DNA of 64,000 nt from Iphione sp. A-MEVVRFRX5 (taxonomy: Eukaryota), in NCBI GenBank assembly GCA_976226885.1, contig OZ320315.1, positions 58,652,001-58,716,000 on the forward strand. Reading direction: 5' to 3'. The translations under genes and the position numbers were made by a program. Positions 11,901-20,205 of the stretch are shown piece by piece (position 1 is the stretch's first letter; each line of letters begins with the position of its first letter). The notes under the pieces were generated by a model, which ran no database searches, had not been told where the DNA came from, and worked only from the letters and a program-made list of their open reading frames with translations.

Positions 11901-12438
11901 AGTCGAAACACAAAATTCAGAGAAAACATATCTTAAGATTTAACAACCTAGGAGAAAAAGATACAAAGAATCTATGGAATGTATGTATTGGAAGTTATGA
12001 CACAATGTATCACCTGTAATATCAAACTTGTATTATAATAGATTTGAGCAGAAAATTAATGAATTGGGAAGAAATTATGTATTCTCTTTCAGGGTACCAT
12101 AAGAGAATGACATGGAGTTTTGTCTCGGTCATAGTTACTACTGCAGAAACTTTATCCACCTGTTTCTTTGTATGTTCTTACGATGTGTCTATTATTTATT
12201 CAGGACTATATGGGACAATATTGGAAGTGGGACCTTGCTGCCTTCTACATGAACAAAAATTGTACTTATTTAATGATAAGCCTGATATACATGTAATTAT
12301 GATAAACCCATGTTGTTTTGTGCAAAAATGCATATTGGGCGTAAATCAAATATTAAATAGAAAATAGGCAGAAACATGTGTATAGAATATGACAAACGGA
12401 TTAATAATTAATCATACTTTATCTCATTATGTAATTAT

Positions 12439-12714
12439 TGTAGCGTTTCCCGTTACGTAATAAAGACATGACCAAGTATTGAAACAGTAGGGTTTATTCC
12501 TGAGGAACAGCAGTAATGAACAGCACGGTGACCCAGGTCCAACTGACTGGACCCTCCCTGAGTAGCCCCTTATATACCCACCCCTAGGGGGCAGGGGAGG
12601 TGGGGAGTGCAGCACTCCGCACCCCCCCCCCCCGGTGCGTCCTGGTGCCGCACTCCGCATGCAGCACTCAGCACCGGTGGGGCGCCTCCTGGTGCCGCAC
12701 TCCGCAGCACCACA
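12439..12714 (-). repeat. 3' LTR (276 bp)
   Basis: TGTAGCG...CACCACA. Differs from 21783-22054 by one C/T substitution and a C12 versus C8 run. AATAAA on the minus strand at 12493-12498. Confidence 0.98.
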
Positions 12715-12726
12715 CTGCCCCCTCCC
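12715..12726 (-). other. Polypurine tract
   Basis: The minus strand reads GGGAGGGGGCAG immediately before the 3' LTR. Confidence 0.9.
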
Positions 12727-12828
12727 AAAACGGGACTTTGTCCTCAAAGTTCTCAACTGTAACATAGAACAGTTCTAAAGTGGAAGGCAAGCTAACAGTC
12801 AACACTTGGTGGCTCATCGGTGCCAGTC

Positions 12829-14895
12829 CTAGTGGAGGGACACAGTCCACACTTCTTTGAGATTGGCAACCACGCAGTCGCCATCGCGCGCCTGATCCCA
12901 TGTCGTCAGTCTACGCATCGCAGTGCCTCTGGTAAGATTCTCGTACCTCCGAGCGTGCCACCGCATTAGCTCGGCCGAATCTAACTGATCCGACCCGCTC
13001 CGCCTGAATCGGATGCTCTGGTTCAGCGTGAGCTTGACTTGGCGCCCTCCTAATGCCTGGACCTCGGACCGTCCAGAGGCCCGTACGATTTCCCAGCCTG
13101 TGGGCGGTGTTGACTGGCATGAAACAAAGCGCCCCGCGGCCCACACGTAGACCTCCTCAGGCACTCCCGAGTCCTCCGGCGAAGGGGGGGATATGTCCTG
13201 GTAGGACCAGGCCTGGTAGGGGGAGCGCGCGCCTGGCGGTATCCATGGTTGGCCGCCCCCCCGACCCAGGCCTGGCGACGTAACAGGGTGCACGCGTGCA
13301 GTGGGGGAGGCCATCCCCCGTGCCAAATTCGGAAGCGACGCCCGTCTCCGGAGGTGGTGACCTGGAGTCACCCAGCGCTGAGCCGTGTCTTCCGAGGAAC
13401 CGGGACGCAGGGGCCGGTCGAGCAAGGCCTCTACATCCCCGCGGCGGCCTGGGGGTGCAGCTAAGGGCCATCGCAATGGCCCTGCCCCTGGCATGGTTGG
13501 TACTGCTGGTGCCGCCCCCAGTCCTTCCCCGCCACCTCGGGGCGGCGCAAGGGGGGTCTGGACTCCGGTAGGGGCTCCTGGTACTGCCCCCTCCGTGTCC
13601 GCTCCGCCCCTAGGGTCGGGTGGCACGACTTCCTCCGGCCCTACTCCGGCCGGCGTATCCTGAGGCGGTTCCGTTGGTGTGACGACTTCTTCACGCCCCG
13701 TCCCCGGCGTGGTTGGTTGTGCAGGCGGAGTCGTCGCTCTTTGCGTGTCGGACCGGGGAGACACCTGGGGGTCGGGGGTCCCGGTGGGCGCTCCTGGCAC
13801 TGCCTCCCCTGGGCCCGCTCCCCCAGGGCGAACCGTCGGCGACGGTTCTCTCATCCCCCTTCCGGTGGTCCCGGGAGTGGATGGCCCCGCCGGGCCTGCA
13901 GCCACCTCATCGTCATCTGTGGCCGGCTCTCCGGTCGGCGGTGCCTCCCCCGGCGGTGGTGAGCCTGCGGATGAAGGCCGGTCCGGGGAAGCCATCACAT
14001 TCCCCCCTGGGGGTGCCGCTGACAACCCTCCGGTTTCCGAATCGGTATCGCCAGAGGCCTCCAGGGGCTCGTCATCTTCCGCGATTGGGTCCAGTTCACG
14101 AGACGGCTCCTCGGGCACGGTCAGGGTGGGAGTCGCCCCCCCCTGATCCGATGGCACCACGGGTGGGGGGTGGATCAGCGGTCCCAGCCCTCGAGGTTCC
14201 GCTGTTCCCTCTTGACCGGATGCACTGTGCTGAGACAGTCCTGCCAATGTGGCCGCCGCCTCTTCTTCCAAACTGGGGAGCTCGTCCGAGCTTATGTCAT
14301 CCACCCAGAAGGAGGTCCCTAGGGTTTCAGCGAAGACCCTCCTGAGGGGGCTAACCTGGGTGGAGCTCCCTTCTTTAGTGGCTGACCCCGGGGTCGAAGA
14401 AGTGGGTGTGTCGACATTCCTACCGGGTGTGGCTTCCCCCCCTTTGGGGCGGGGCTCGCCCCCGGGTCGTTTCCGCGGCGGCGGGGGAGACTCCCCTGAT
14501 GAGTCGGTGATGACCACCGCCTGGGAGGAAGACGTTTCTTTGGACCAACCAGGTCCCAGGCGGCGGTCCAACTCCTCTTCTGACTCGGTGGCCGAACCCC
14601 GGCCCATCTTGGCTGGTGGTCGCCCGGGTCGCGTTGCTTTGGCCGGAATGGCCTTCCCCTTCCCCTTTCCGGGTGGTCCAGCAGCAGCCTTCCCTTTTCC
14701 TCTCTCGGCTCCGTCTCGACCTTGGTGGCGCACCGCCGCACATCCCCTACCAGGTGAGTACGGGGCATCTGGGGGTTGGGCCGACGGTCCGGGGGAAGTC
14801 TGCGTGGGGGTTCGTCCTGTCCGTTGGCCCGACGGTCCTTCGGCCGACGGTCCTGCGCTTCCGCCCGCTCCGTCGGAGTCCGACTCCGAGTTCAC
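12829..14895 (-). CDS. Long Pro/Gly/Ser/acidic low-complexity ORF with an apparently globular C-terminus, in frame with pol after a single UGA
   Basis: 688 open codons ending about 100 nt before the PPT. It is in the same frame as pol (TGA 14907-14905, then CGG CTA TTC GTG). There is no ATG near its 5' end, and no signal peptide or TM segment was seen. The last about 110 aa (VYVWAAGRFV...EVWTVSLH) are compositionally complex. Confidence 0.7.
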   Translation of the reverse strand: MNSESDSDGAGGSAGPSAEGPSGQRTGRTPTQTSPGPSAQPPDAPYSPGRGCAAVRHQGRDGAERGKGKAAAGPPGKGKGKAIPAKATRPGRPPAKMGRGSATESEEELDRRLGPGWSKETSSSQAVVITDSSGESPPPPRKRPGGEPRPKGGEATPGRNVDTPTSSTPGSATKEGSSTQVSPLRRVFAETLGTSFWVDDISSDELPSLEEEAAATLAGLSQHSASGQEGTAEPRGLGPLIHPPPVVPSDQGGATPTLTVPEEPSRELDPIAEDDEPLEASGDTDSETGGLSAAPPGGNVMASPDRPSSAGSPPPGEAPPTGEPATDDDEVAAGPAGPSTPGTTGRGMREPSPTVRPGGAGPGEAVPGAPTGTPDPQVSPRSDTQRATTPPAQPTTPGTGREEVVTPTEPPQDTPAGVGPEEVVPPDPRGGADTEGAVPGAPTGVQTPLAPPRGGGEGLGAAPAVPTMPGAGPLRWPLAAPPGRRGDVEALLDRPLRPGSSEDTAQRWVTPGHHLRRRASLPNLARGMASPTARVHPVTSPGLGRGGGQPWIPPGARSPYQAWSYQDISPPSPEDSGVPEEVYVWAAGRFVSCQSTPPTGWEIVRASGRSEVQALGGRQVKLTLNQSIRFRRSGSDQLDSAELMRWHARRYENLTRGTAMRRLTTWDQARDGDCVVANLKEVWTVSLH

Positions 14896-14904
14896 GAATA
14901 GCCG

Positions 14905-15729
14905 TCAGCCCTTGTACTCCTGAGGGGCCGGCAAGTTGATGCCTTTCGGGGTCGGAATCAAGGGGAGGGTCCGGGCGCACGTAGTTGATCCCGTCGACCG
15001 CGCTTTCGGGGCCCTGGCGTACGTACGCGGCCTCATCCTGTCTGGGGAGGATGCGGACCCCCCACTGGTCCCTGCTGGGTTGCTCGAAGAGGGCCCGGCC
15101 TCGGAGGCCGAACTGCGGGGCGGCTGGGAAGGCCTCTCCGTCTCCGATGGGGACTCTGCTGACCCCGCCGAGGTGGACGTGGGGGGGCCCTTACTGCCAG
15201 CGGAGCCGCCGGGGGTCGCTGGGGCGGTACGGTCTGTACCCAGTCGACGGCGCGCCCGGCGGGCTGGTCGTCGTGGCGGTCGGGCAGGAACCTCCTCTCC
15301 GGGTTCCGCCTCGTCATCCGAAGAGTCCACCACTTCGGCGCGGAGATCCTTCGTACGGGCTGTAGCCTCTCGCTGGCGCCGCCGGGCTAGGTCAGCCTGC
15401 AGGTCCGCGGGACAGTCCATCGCGACCCCGCGGGTAGGATTGAACCCCGAGAAACGAATGAATTGCACGTCGACCGTCTGGGTCATCTGGAGTGACCCAT
15501 GCACTCCCAGGAGGTGCCTCTTCCAGTCCGTCCGGCGCCGGAAAGCAGTACATTTGCACTCCAGCACCGGGCAAATCCAGCCAAACCCCTTGGGGCAATG
15601 AACTTGCTCCATGTGGCGGCGCAGGTTTTGCCGCTGCTGGAAACCTGTATCACACAGGTGGCACGAGAACGGGGCTGGTGGTGGGGGGGTCGCTCCTGGC
15701 GCGGGTCGGGGTCGTCCTCCTTCTGCCAT
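14905..15729 (-). CDS. Putative separately expressed accessory protein (274 aa; 966 aa with UGA readthrough) with two C2H2 zinc fingers
   Basis: ATG in GTAATGG context at 15729, 11 nt after a strong splice acceptor. CHLCDTGFQQRQNLRRHMEQVH (15663-15598) and CPVLECKCTAFRRRTDWKRHLLGVH (15573-15499). Basic patch PARRARRR. It is in frame with and inside the pol ORF. Confidence 0.65.
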   Translation of the reverse strand: MAEGGRPRPAPGATPPPPAPFSCHLCDTGFQQRQNLRRHMEQVHCPKGFGWICPVLECKCTAFRRRTDWKRHLLGVHGSLQMTQTVDVQFIRFSGFNPTRGVAMDCPADLQADLARRRQREATARTKDLRAEVVDSSDDEAEPGEEVPARPPRRPARRARRRLGTDRTAPATPGGSAGSKGPPTSTSAGSAESPSETERPSQPPRSSASEAGPSSSNPAGTSGGSASSPDRMRPRTYARAPKARSTGSTTCARTLPLIPTPKGINLPAPQEYKG

Positions 15730-18700
15730 TACGCCTGGGCCTAGGAGAGAAAAGGACGAGTTAGACACAACCTCCGATACGCTTGTCATGCGGGTCGCAT
15801 TCCGTTTCAAAGTCCGCAGCGGCCCCACGCCCCCCGCCGCAGTGGCGTGAGGCGGTTGTCCACCCTGCGGCGTACTCAAACTCCGCTGCGGCCTTTCGTG
15901 CGGCCCACTCGACCTATTACCGCTATGCACACAGTGCGGCGTAGTCGTACTCTGCTGCGGCCTTCCATGCGGCCCGCTCGACCTATTACCGTTATTCACG
16001 CAGTGCGGCGTAATCGAACTCTGCTGCGGTCTATAAGGTTTGTTATGTTTACACACCCTCCGCGGCGGCCTAATGCTCACTGATACATCCTGCGGCTTTT
16101 GCTGAATAATTCGTACAACGTGGGTGCCGCTCCTGAACTGTCGCGGACCAACAAGATAAGATGCGGCCCTTTCCTCCCGATTATCGCTCAGCTGCGGAGA
16201 CAAACAGTTCAAATGGACCTGGCTTACCTCGTCTGTGGCAGTTTCGGGCTGAACAGGAGATTCCAAGGTGGTGTTCTCGACGTTAGGGCACAGAGGCAGA
16301 TGGGAGATCGAGTTGACAACGATCTTTTGTGGCGAAAACGGCTCGTGGGGAGATCGGGGGTGCTCGCTTCGGTTGCTAGAGACGCTGCGGGGAACGCGCG
16401 TTGTCGACGTGGCGCCCTCTATGGGAACCGGACGGCTAAACTCCGCAGCGGCCTGTCCGGACTCCGCCCCGCGCTCTGGCGTGGTGCCCCCTGGCGTTTC
16501 ATCTTGCGCTCTGTGCTCGGGCTCTGCAGCAACTCTTGGGCCACCGGGTGACTCCGCAGCGGCCTTCCGGGGGTGTCCTGCCGCTGCGACGGTGACGTCC
16601 CCCAACGCGGGTTTCAATCGATCAGCGTGCACCACTTTCCTGCGCGCACCTCTCCCGATGCGATAGACCACTGCTGACAGCCGATCCTCCACACGCCATG
16701 GCCCTTCCCACCAGCTCTGGAATTTGGGGGACACTCCTTTCTTCCTCAGGGGAGTGAAGAGCCACACACTCTGCCCTACCACGTACTCCTGGGGCCTCAC
16801 TTTTTGGTTGTACCAGTCTTGTCGCAATTCGGCCGCTCGATTCAGCTTGCAAGCCACGCGCTGGTGAGCCTCCCGAACTTCCTCCTCCACCTGGCACGCG
16901 TAGTCTCCTCTCTCTACTGCCGGTTTTTCCGGGTGCCCGTAACGTAATTCCGCTGGCGTGGCCACTTCACGGTACAGGGTCAGCCAATTGGGGGACATGC
17001 CAGTGGTACTGTGGGGGGTGGCCCTGTATGCGGCCATCACGAAGGGCAGCGCTAAGTCCCAATCCGCTTGCCTCTCTTCCCCTAGTGTGGCCAACATGTT
17101 GGCAAGTGTCCTGTTAAAGCGTTCCACCACCCCGTCTGCTTGGGGGTGGTACGGTGTGGTCCTTGATTTTTCAATCCCCAATAACCGCAGCACCTCCCTG
17201 AAGAGCTCGGCCTCGAAGTTCCGCCCTTGGTCGGAATGCAAGGCCCGAGGAGGTCCAAACCGACACACAATTTCCTTGACAATTACCTCAGCAGTCGCTT
17301 GGGCAGTGACTTCAACCAAGGGGAAGGCTTCTGTCCATTTGGAAAAATGGTCCGCCACCACCAGTATGTAGCGGTGTCCCCGCTCAGTCCGCGGAAGCGG
17401 TCCTAGGACATCCGCTGCCACTAGCTCCCACGGTTCGCTCACTTTCCGGTACTGTAGTGGGGCTCGCTTGTTGCGGGGCGGTCCTTTCCGGCGTTGGCAT
17501 GCCTGACACGCTTGTGTCCAGCGCAGAACATCGCGCCGAAGTCCAGGCCAAAACCACTTGGTCTTCAGTGCAGCCCCCGTCTTCTCTGCCCCGAGGTGGC
17601 CACCCAGTGCCCCTTCGTGGGCTTCCAGCCATATCTGCTTCCGCAGGCTCCTTGGGACGTAGGCCTGGTACACCGGTCGCGACGGCTCCTCCTCCCAGCA
17701 CCGCATGAGTACCCCACGTCTGAGGCTCAGCCGCCTGGCTTCGGCACGTAGTTGGCGCTCCTCCCATGACAACCCGGGCTCCAACCCTGGGGGTTCTCTT
17801 CCCTCTTCAAGGGCATCCATGATAGCCGCCACCGACTCTTCCTCCCGCTGGGCTTCGCGCAACTGCGGCTGGTCCTCCGCCGGCGCGAGTGTCACCATGG
17901 CTGCCCACTCCTGCGCTGGCTCCTCTTCTCCCTCCACCCGATGGCACTGCTTACAGCGCTGGCGGGAGAGCCCATCAGCGTTGCCGTGCTTCTTTCCGGG
18001 CCGATGGACGATCAGCAGGTCATGGCAGAAGATTTCTTCTAGCCACCGGGCCAACTGTCCCTGAGGCTCCCGGAAATTGCACAGCCATCGCAGGGAGTCG
18101 TGGTCGGTCCGTATCTCGACCGTACGCCCTCCCACATAGCAACGGAACTTCCGTAACGCGAAGACTACGGCTAATAATTCCCGCCGGGTGATGCAGTAGT
18201 TCCTTTCTGGTCGCGTGAGTGTCCTACTGGCATACACCAAGACCCTTTCCTGCCCCTCCTGTTCCTGAGAGAGCACTGCACCCACGCCCGTGTCGGAAGC
18301 GTCAGTATCCAGTAAGAGGCGTCCCTGCGGCTTTGGGAACCCCAGGATGGGTGCCGACATGAGCCGCCTCTTGAGCTCCTCGAACGCCAACTGACATTGG
18401 TCCGACCACGCGAACTCAGCGTGCCGGTCGGCCAATGCATGCAACGGTGCTGCAATCCTGGCAAATCCTTCTACAAAATTCCGATAGTAGGAGCAGAGGC
18501 CCAAAAACCCTCGCAGTTCCTCCTGGCAGCGAGGCAACGGCCACTCGGCTACTGCCGCCACTTTGGCCGGGTCCACCCCTACTCCTGCTGCGGACACCCT
18601 GTGCCCCAGGTAGGCCACCTCTCGTCGGAACAGTTGACACTTTGAGGCTTTTACGTGTAGTCCTGCCTGCTGCAACCGTTGCAGCACCGATCTTAAGCGC

Positions 18701-20073
18701 TGGCACATTTGCCGCACCGAGTCCCCAAGAACGATGACATCATCCAGATAGACGAGGCACTCCACCCCGATGAGCCCTCGCAGTACTGATTCCATCAGTC
18801 TCTCGAAAGTGGAAGGAGCGTTGCAGAGCCCGAAGGGCATAACCTTGAACTGGTATAGCCCCCTGGGCGTGCACACCGCGGTCTTCTCTGCATCCTGGGG
18901 GTCCATGCGGACCTGCCAGTATCCACTGGCCAGGTCGAGGGCCGAGAAGAACCGACTCCCCTGGAGGGCGTCCAAGGTGTCGTCAATTCGGGGGATGGGA
19001 TAGGCGTCCTTTTTGGTGACCAAGTTCAGCCGTCGGTAATCCACACAGAACCGGGTACCACCGTCCTTCTTTTTCACCAGTACTAAGGGGGAGGCCCATG
19101 GGCTGGTGGAGGGTTCGAGGACTCCCCGCTCCACCATGGAGTCTACTTCCCGCTCCAGCTCCGCCCTCTTCTGCGGAGGAAGGCGTCGCACCCGTTGACG
19201 GATGGGGGGGTGCCCTTGCGTGTCGATTTGGTGCTGCACATCAGGGGTACATCCGAGCGGCCCGCTGGGGGTCTGGAACACCCCCTTGTACTCTTCCAGC
19301 AAGGTGTGTACCATTCGCCGTTCCTCAGCCGACAGGTCGTCCGGAAGGCTTTCCAGCAGCAGCCCCACTGCCTCGGCCTGTTCCTCCTCGATCACTGAAC
19401 TGGCTCCGACCTGGGCGGGGTTCACGTCCTCTACCGGGTGAGCCCACCCCACGTGGGTTCCCCCATGGATGTATGCCTCCTGCGACCCCGGGTTCCACAC
19501 CGGTACCAGCAGCTTCCGTTCGGCTGGGCGCACCACCGCATGCGCCACCCGAAGCCCCGACCGTTCCTCGAACCGCTGGTTGCCCTCGGTCAGAACTCCT
19601 TCTGGCTCCCCCAGCGTTGGTGCCCAAGTGGCTGTCACCCATCCTAGCTGCCCTGCGGCGATGCGATGGTCCCCTCGGGCTGCCAACAGCACCGCTCCGT
19701 CCCCCACGGGCGCGCCCAAGGTCACTTGTGCTCGTAGAGTGTCGACCGTTGCCTCCCACGCGTCCAACCAGTCAAGCCCCAGGATGGCCGGTACTTCCAT
19801 GTCGACTACCCTTGCCCTCACGGGCACCCGGGTGTCACCGAATTGGACTTGACTGGCCACCGTTCCCCTTACTACCAGGGGAGCCCCGTCTACGCCGAAC
19901 ACCCTGGCGTCGACAGGCCCCAGGGTAATGCCTCGCAGGTTGTCAAAGACCCGGCTTGATAGTAGAGAAGCAGATGCCCCGGTATCCACCAGCCAATCGA
20001 AGGTGCAGCCCCCCATCCTTCCGGACAGGAGAAGTCCGCTGCACCCTTGTCGTCGGTGCCCTTGCAGGACCAA
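14905..20073 (-). CDS. pol: Pol polyprotein (protease, RT, RNase H, integrase) with a C-terminal extension of about 560 aa; the frame is open back to the frameshift site at about 20200
   Basis: LVDTGA (DTG at 19986-19978), YLDD (18750-18739), TDAS (18306-18295), HHCC zinc motif (HEGALGGH...CQAC), and DDE triad DVLGP (about 17410), SDQG (about 17230), VERFN (about 17120). GPY/F-like WEGPW...VVHADRLKP ends at about 16610. No internal stops. Confidence 0.97.
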   Translation of the reverse strand: MVLQGHRRQGCSGLLLSGRMGGCTFDWLVDTGASASLLSSRVFDNLRGITLGPVDARVFGVDGAPLVVRGTVASQVQFGDTRVPVRARVVDMEVPAILGLDWLDAWEATVDTLRAQVTLGAPVGDGAVLLAARGDHRIAAGQLGWVTATWAPTLGEPEGVLTEGNQRFEERSGLRVAHAVVRPAERKLLVPVWNPGSQEAYIHGGTHVGWAHPVEDVNPAQVGASSVIEEEQAEAVGLLLESLPDDLSAEERRMVHTLLEEYKGVFQTPSGPLGCTPDVQHQIDTQGHPPIRQRVRRLPPQKRAELEREVDSMVERGVLEPSTSPWASPLVLVKKKDGGTRFCVDYRRLNLVTKKDAYPIPRIDDTLDALQGSRFFSALDLASGYWQVRMDPQDAEKTAVCTPRGLYQFKVMPFGLCNAPSTFERLMESVLRGLIGVECLVYLDDVIVLGDSVRQMCQRLRSVLQRLQQAGLHVKASKCQLFRREVAYLGHRVSAAGVGVDPAKVAAVAEWPLPRCQEELRGFLGLCSYYRNFVEGFARIAAPLHALADRHAEFAWSDQCQLAFEELKRRLMSAPILGFPKPQGRLLLDTDASDTGVGAVLSQEQEGQERVLVYASRTLTRPERNYCITRRELLAVVFALRKFRCYVGGRTVEIRTDHDSLRWLCNFREPQGQLARWLEEIFCHDLLIVHRPGKKHGNADGLSRQRCKQCHRVEGEEEPAQEWAAMVTLAPAEDQPQLREAQREEESVAAIMDALEEGREPPGLEPGLSWEERQLRAEARRLSLRRGVLMRCWEEEPSRPVYQAYVPRSLRKQIWLEAHEGALGGHLGAEKTGAALKTKWFWPGLRRDVLRWTQACQACQRRKGPPRNKRAPLQYRKVSEPWELVAADVLGPLPRTERGHRYILVVADHFSKWTEAFPLVEVTAQATAEVIVKEIVCRFGPPRALHSDQGRNFEAELFREVLRLLGIEKSRTTPYHPQADGVVERFNRTLANMLATLGEERQADWDLALPFVMAAYRATPHSTTGMSPNWLTLYREVATPAELRYGHPEKPAVERGDYACQVEEEVREAHQRVACKLNRAAELRQDWYNQKVRPQEYVVGQSVWLFTPLRKKGVSPKFQSWWEGPWRVEDRLSAVVYRIGRGARRKVVHADRLKPALGDVTVAAAGHPRKAAAESPGGPRVAAEPEHRAQDETPGGTTPERGAESGQAAAEFSRPVPIEGATSTTRVPRSVSSNRSEHPRSPHEPFSPQKIVVNSISHLPLCPNVENTTLESPVQPETATDEVSQVHLNCLSPQLSDNREERAASYLVGPRQFRSGTHVVRIIQQKPQDVSVSIRPPRRVCKHNKPYRPQQSSITPHCVNNGNRSSGPHGRPQQSTTTPHCVHSGNRSSGPHERPQRSLSTPQGGQPPHATAAGGVGPLRTLKRNATRMTSVSEVVSNSSFSLLGPGVMAEGGRPRPAPGATPPPPAPFSCHLCDTGFQQRQNLRRHMEQVHCPKGFGWICPVLECKCTAFRRRTDWKRHLLGVHGSLQMTQTVDVQFIRFSGFNPTRGVAMDCPADLQADLARRRQREATARTKDLRAEVVDSSDDEAEPGEEVPARPPRRPARRARRRLGTDRTAPATPGGSAGSKGPPTSTSAGSAESPSETERPSQPPRSSASEAGPSSSNPAGTSGGSASSPDRMRPRTYARAPKARSTGSTTCARTLPLIPTPKGINLPAPQEYKG
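15741..15764 (-). promoter_or_regulatory. Putative branch point, polypyrimidine tract and 3' splice acceptor
   Basis: The minus strand reads CTAAC-TCGTCCTTTTCTCTCC-TAG|GCCCAGGCGTA-ATG. The branch A (15761) is 20 nt from the acceptor (15741), in otherwise GC-rich coding DNA. Confidence 0.65.
15870..16029 (-). repeat. 69-bp (23-aa) tandem repeat, about 2.3 copies, in the post-integrase linker
   Basis: RPQQSSITPHCVNNGNRSSGPHG / RPQQSTTTPHCVHSGNRSSGPHE / RPQRS. Confidence 0.85.
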
Positions 20074-20161
20074 TCCCCCGGTGGTGGCTCCCGCCAGGGC
20101 TCTGAGATGTTCGGGCAGAGGCGAACCGTCGTGGCCCGGGTCTGCCGCAACTGGTGACTCT

Positions 20162-20205
20162 ACCGCCCGCCCCTCTAGGCTCGGGCGGGCGGTCCCCCGT
20201 TTCCC
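20162..20205 (-). promoter_or_regulatory. -1 programmed ribosomal frameshift signal (gag to pol)
   Basis: Slippery G GGA AAC in the gag frame (20205-20199), a 5-nt spacer, then a perfect 11-bp stem ACCGCCCGCCC/GGGCGGGCGGT with a 10-nt loop containing the gag TAG. The -1 frame reads openly into LVLQGHRRQG...DTG. Confidence 0.9.

Noticed and set aside
12829-14895. Interpretation of the third ORF as env
   Set aside because: No signal peptide, furin cleavage site, cysteine pattern or transmembrane helix; the composition is disordered.
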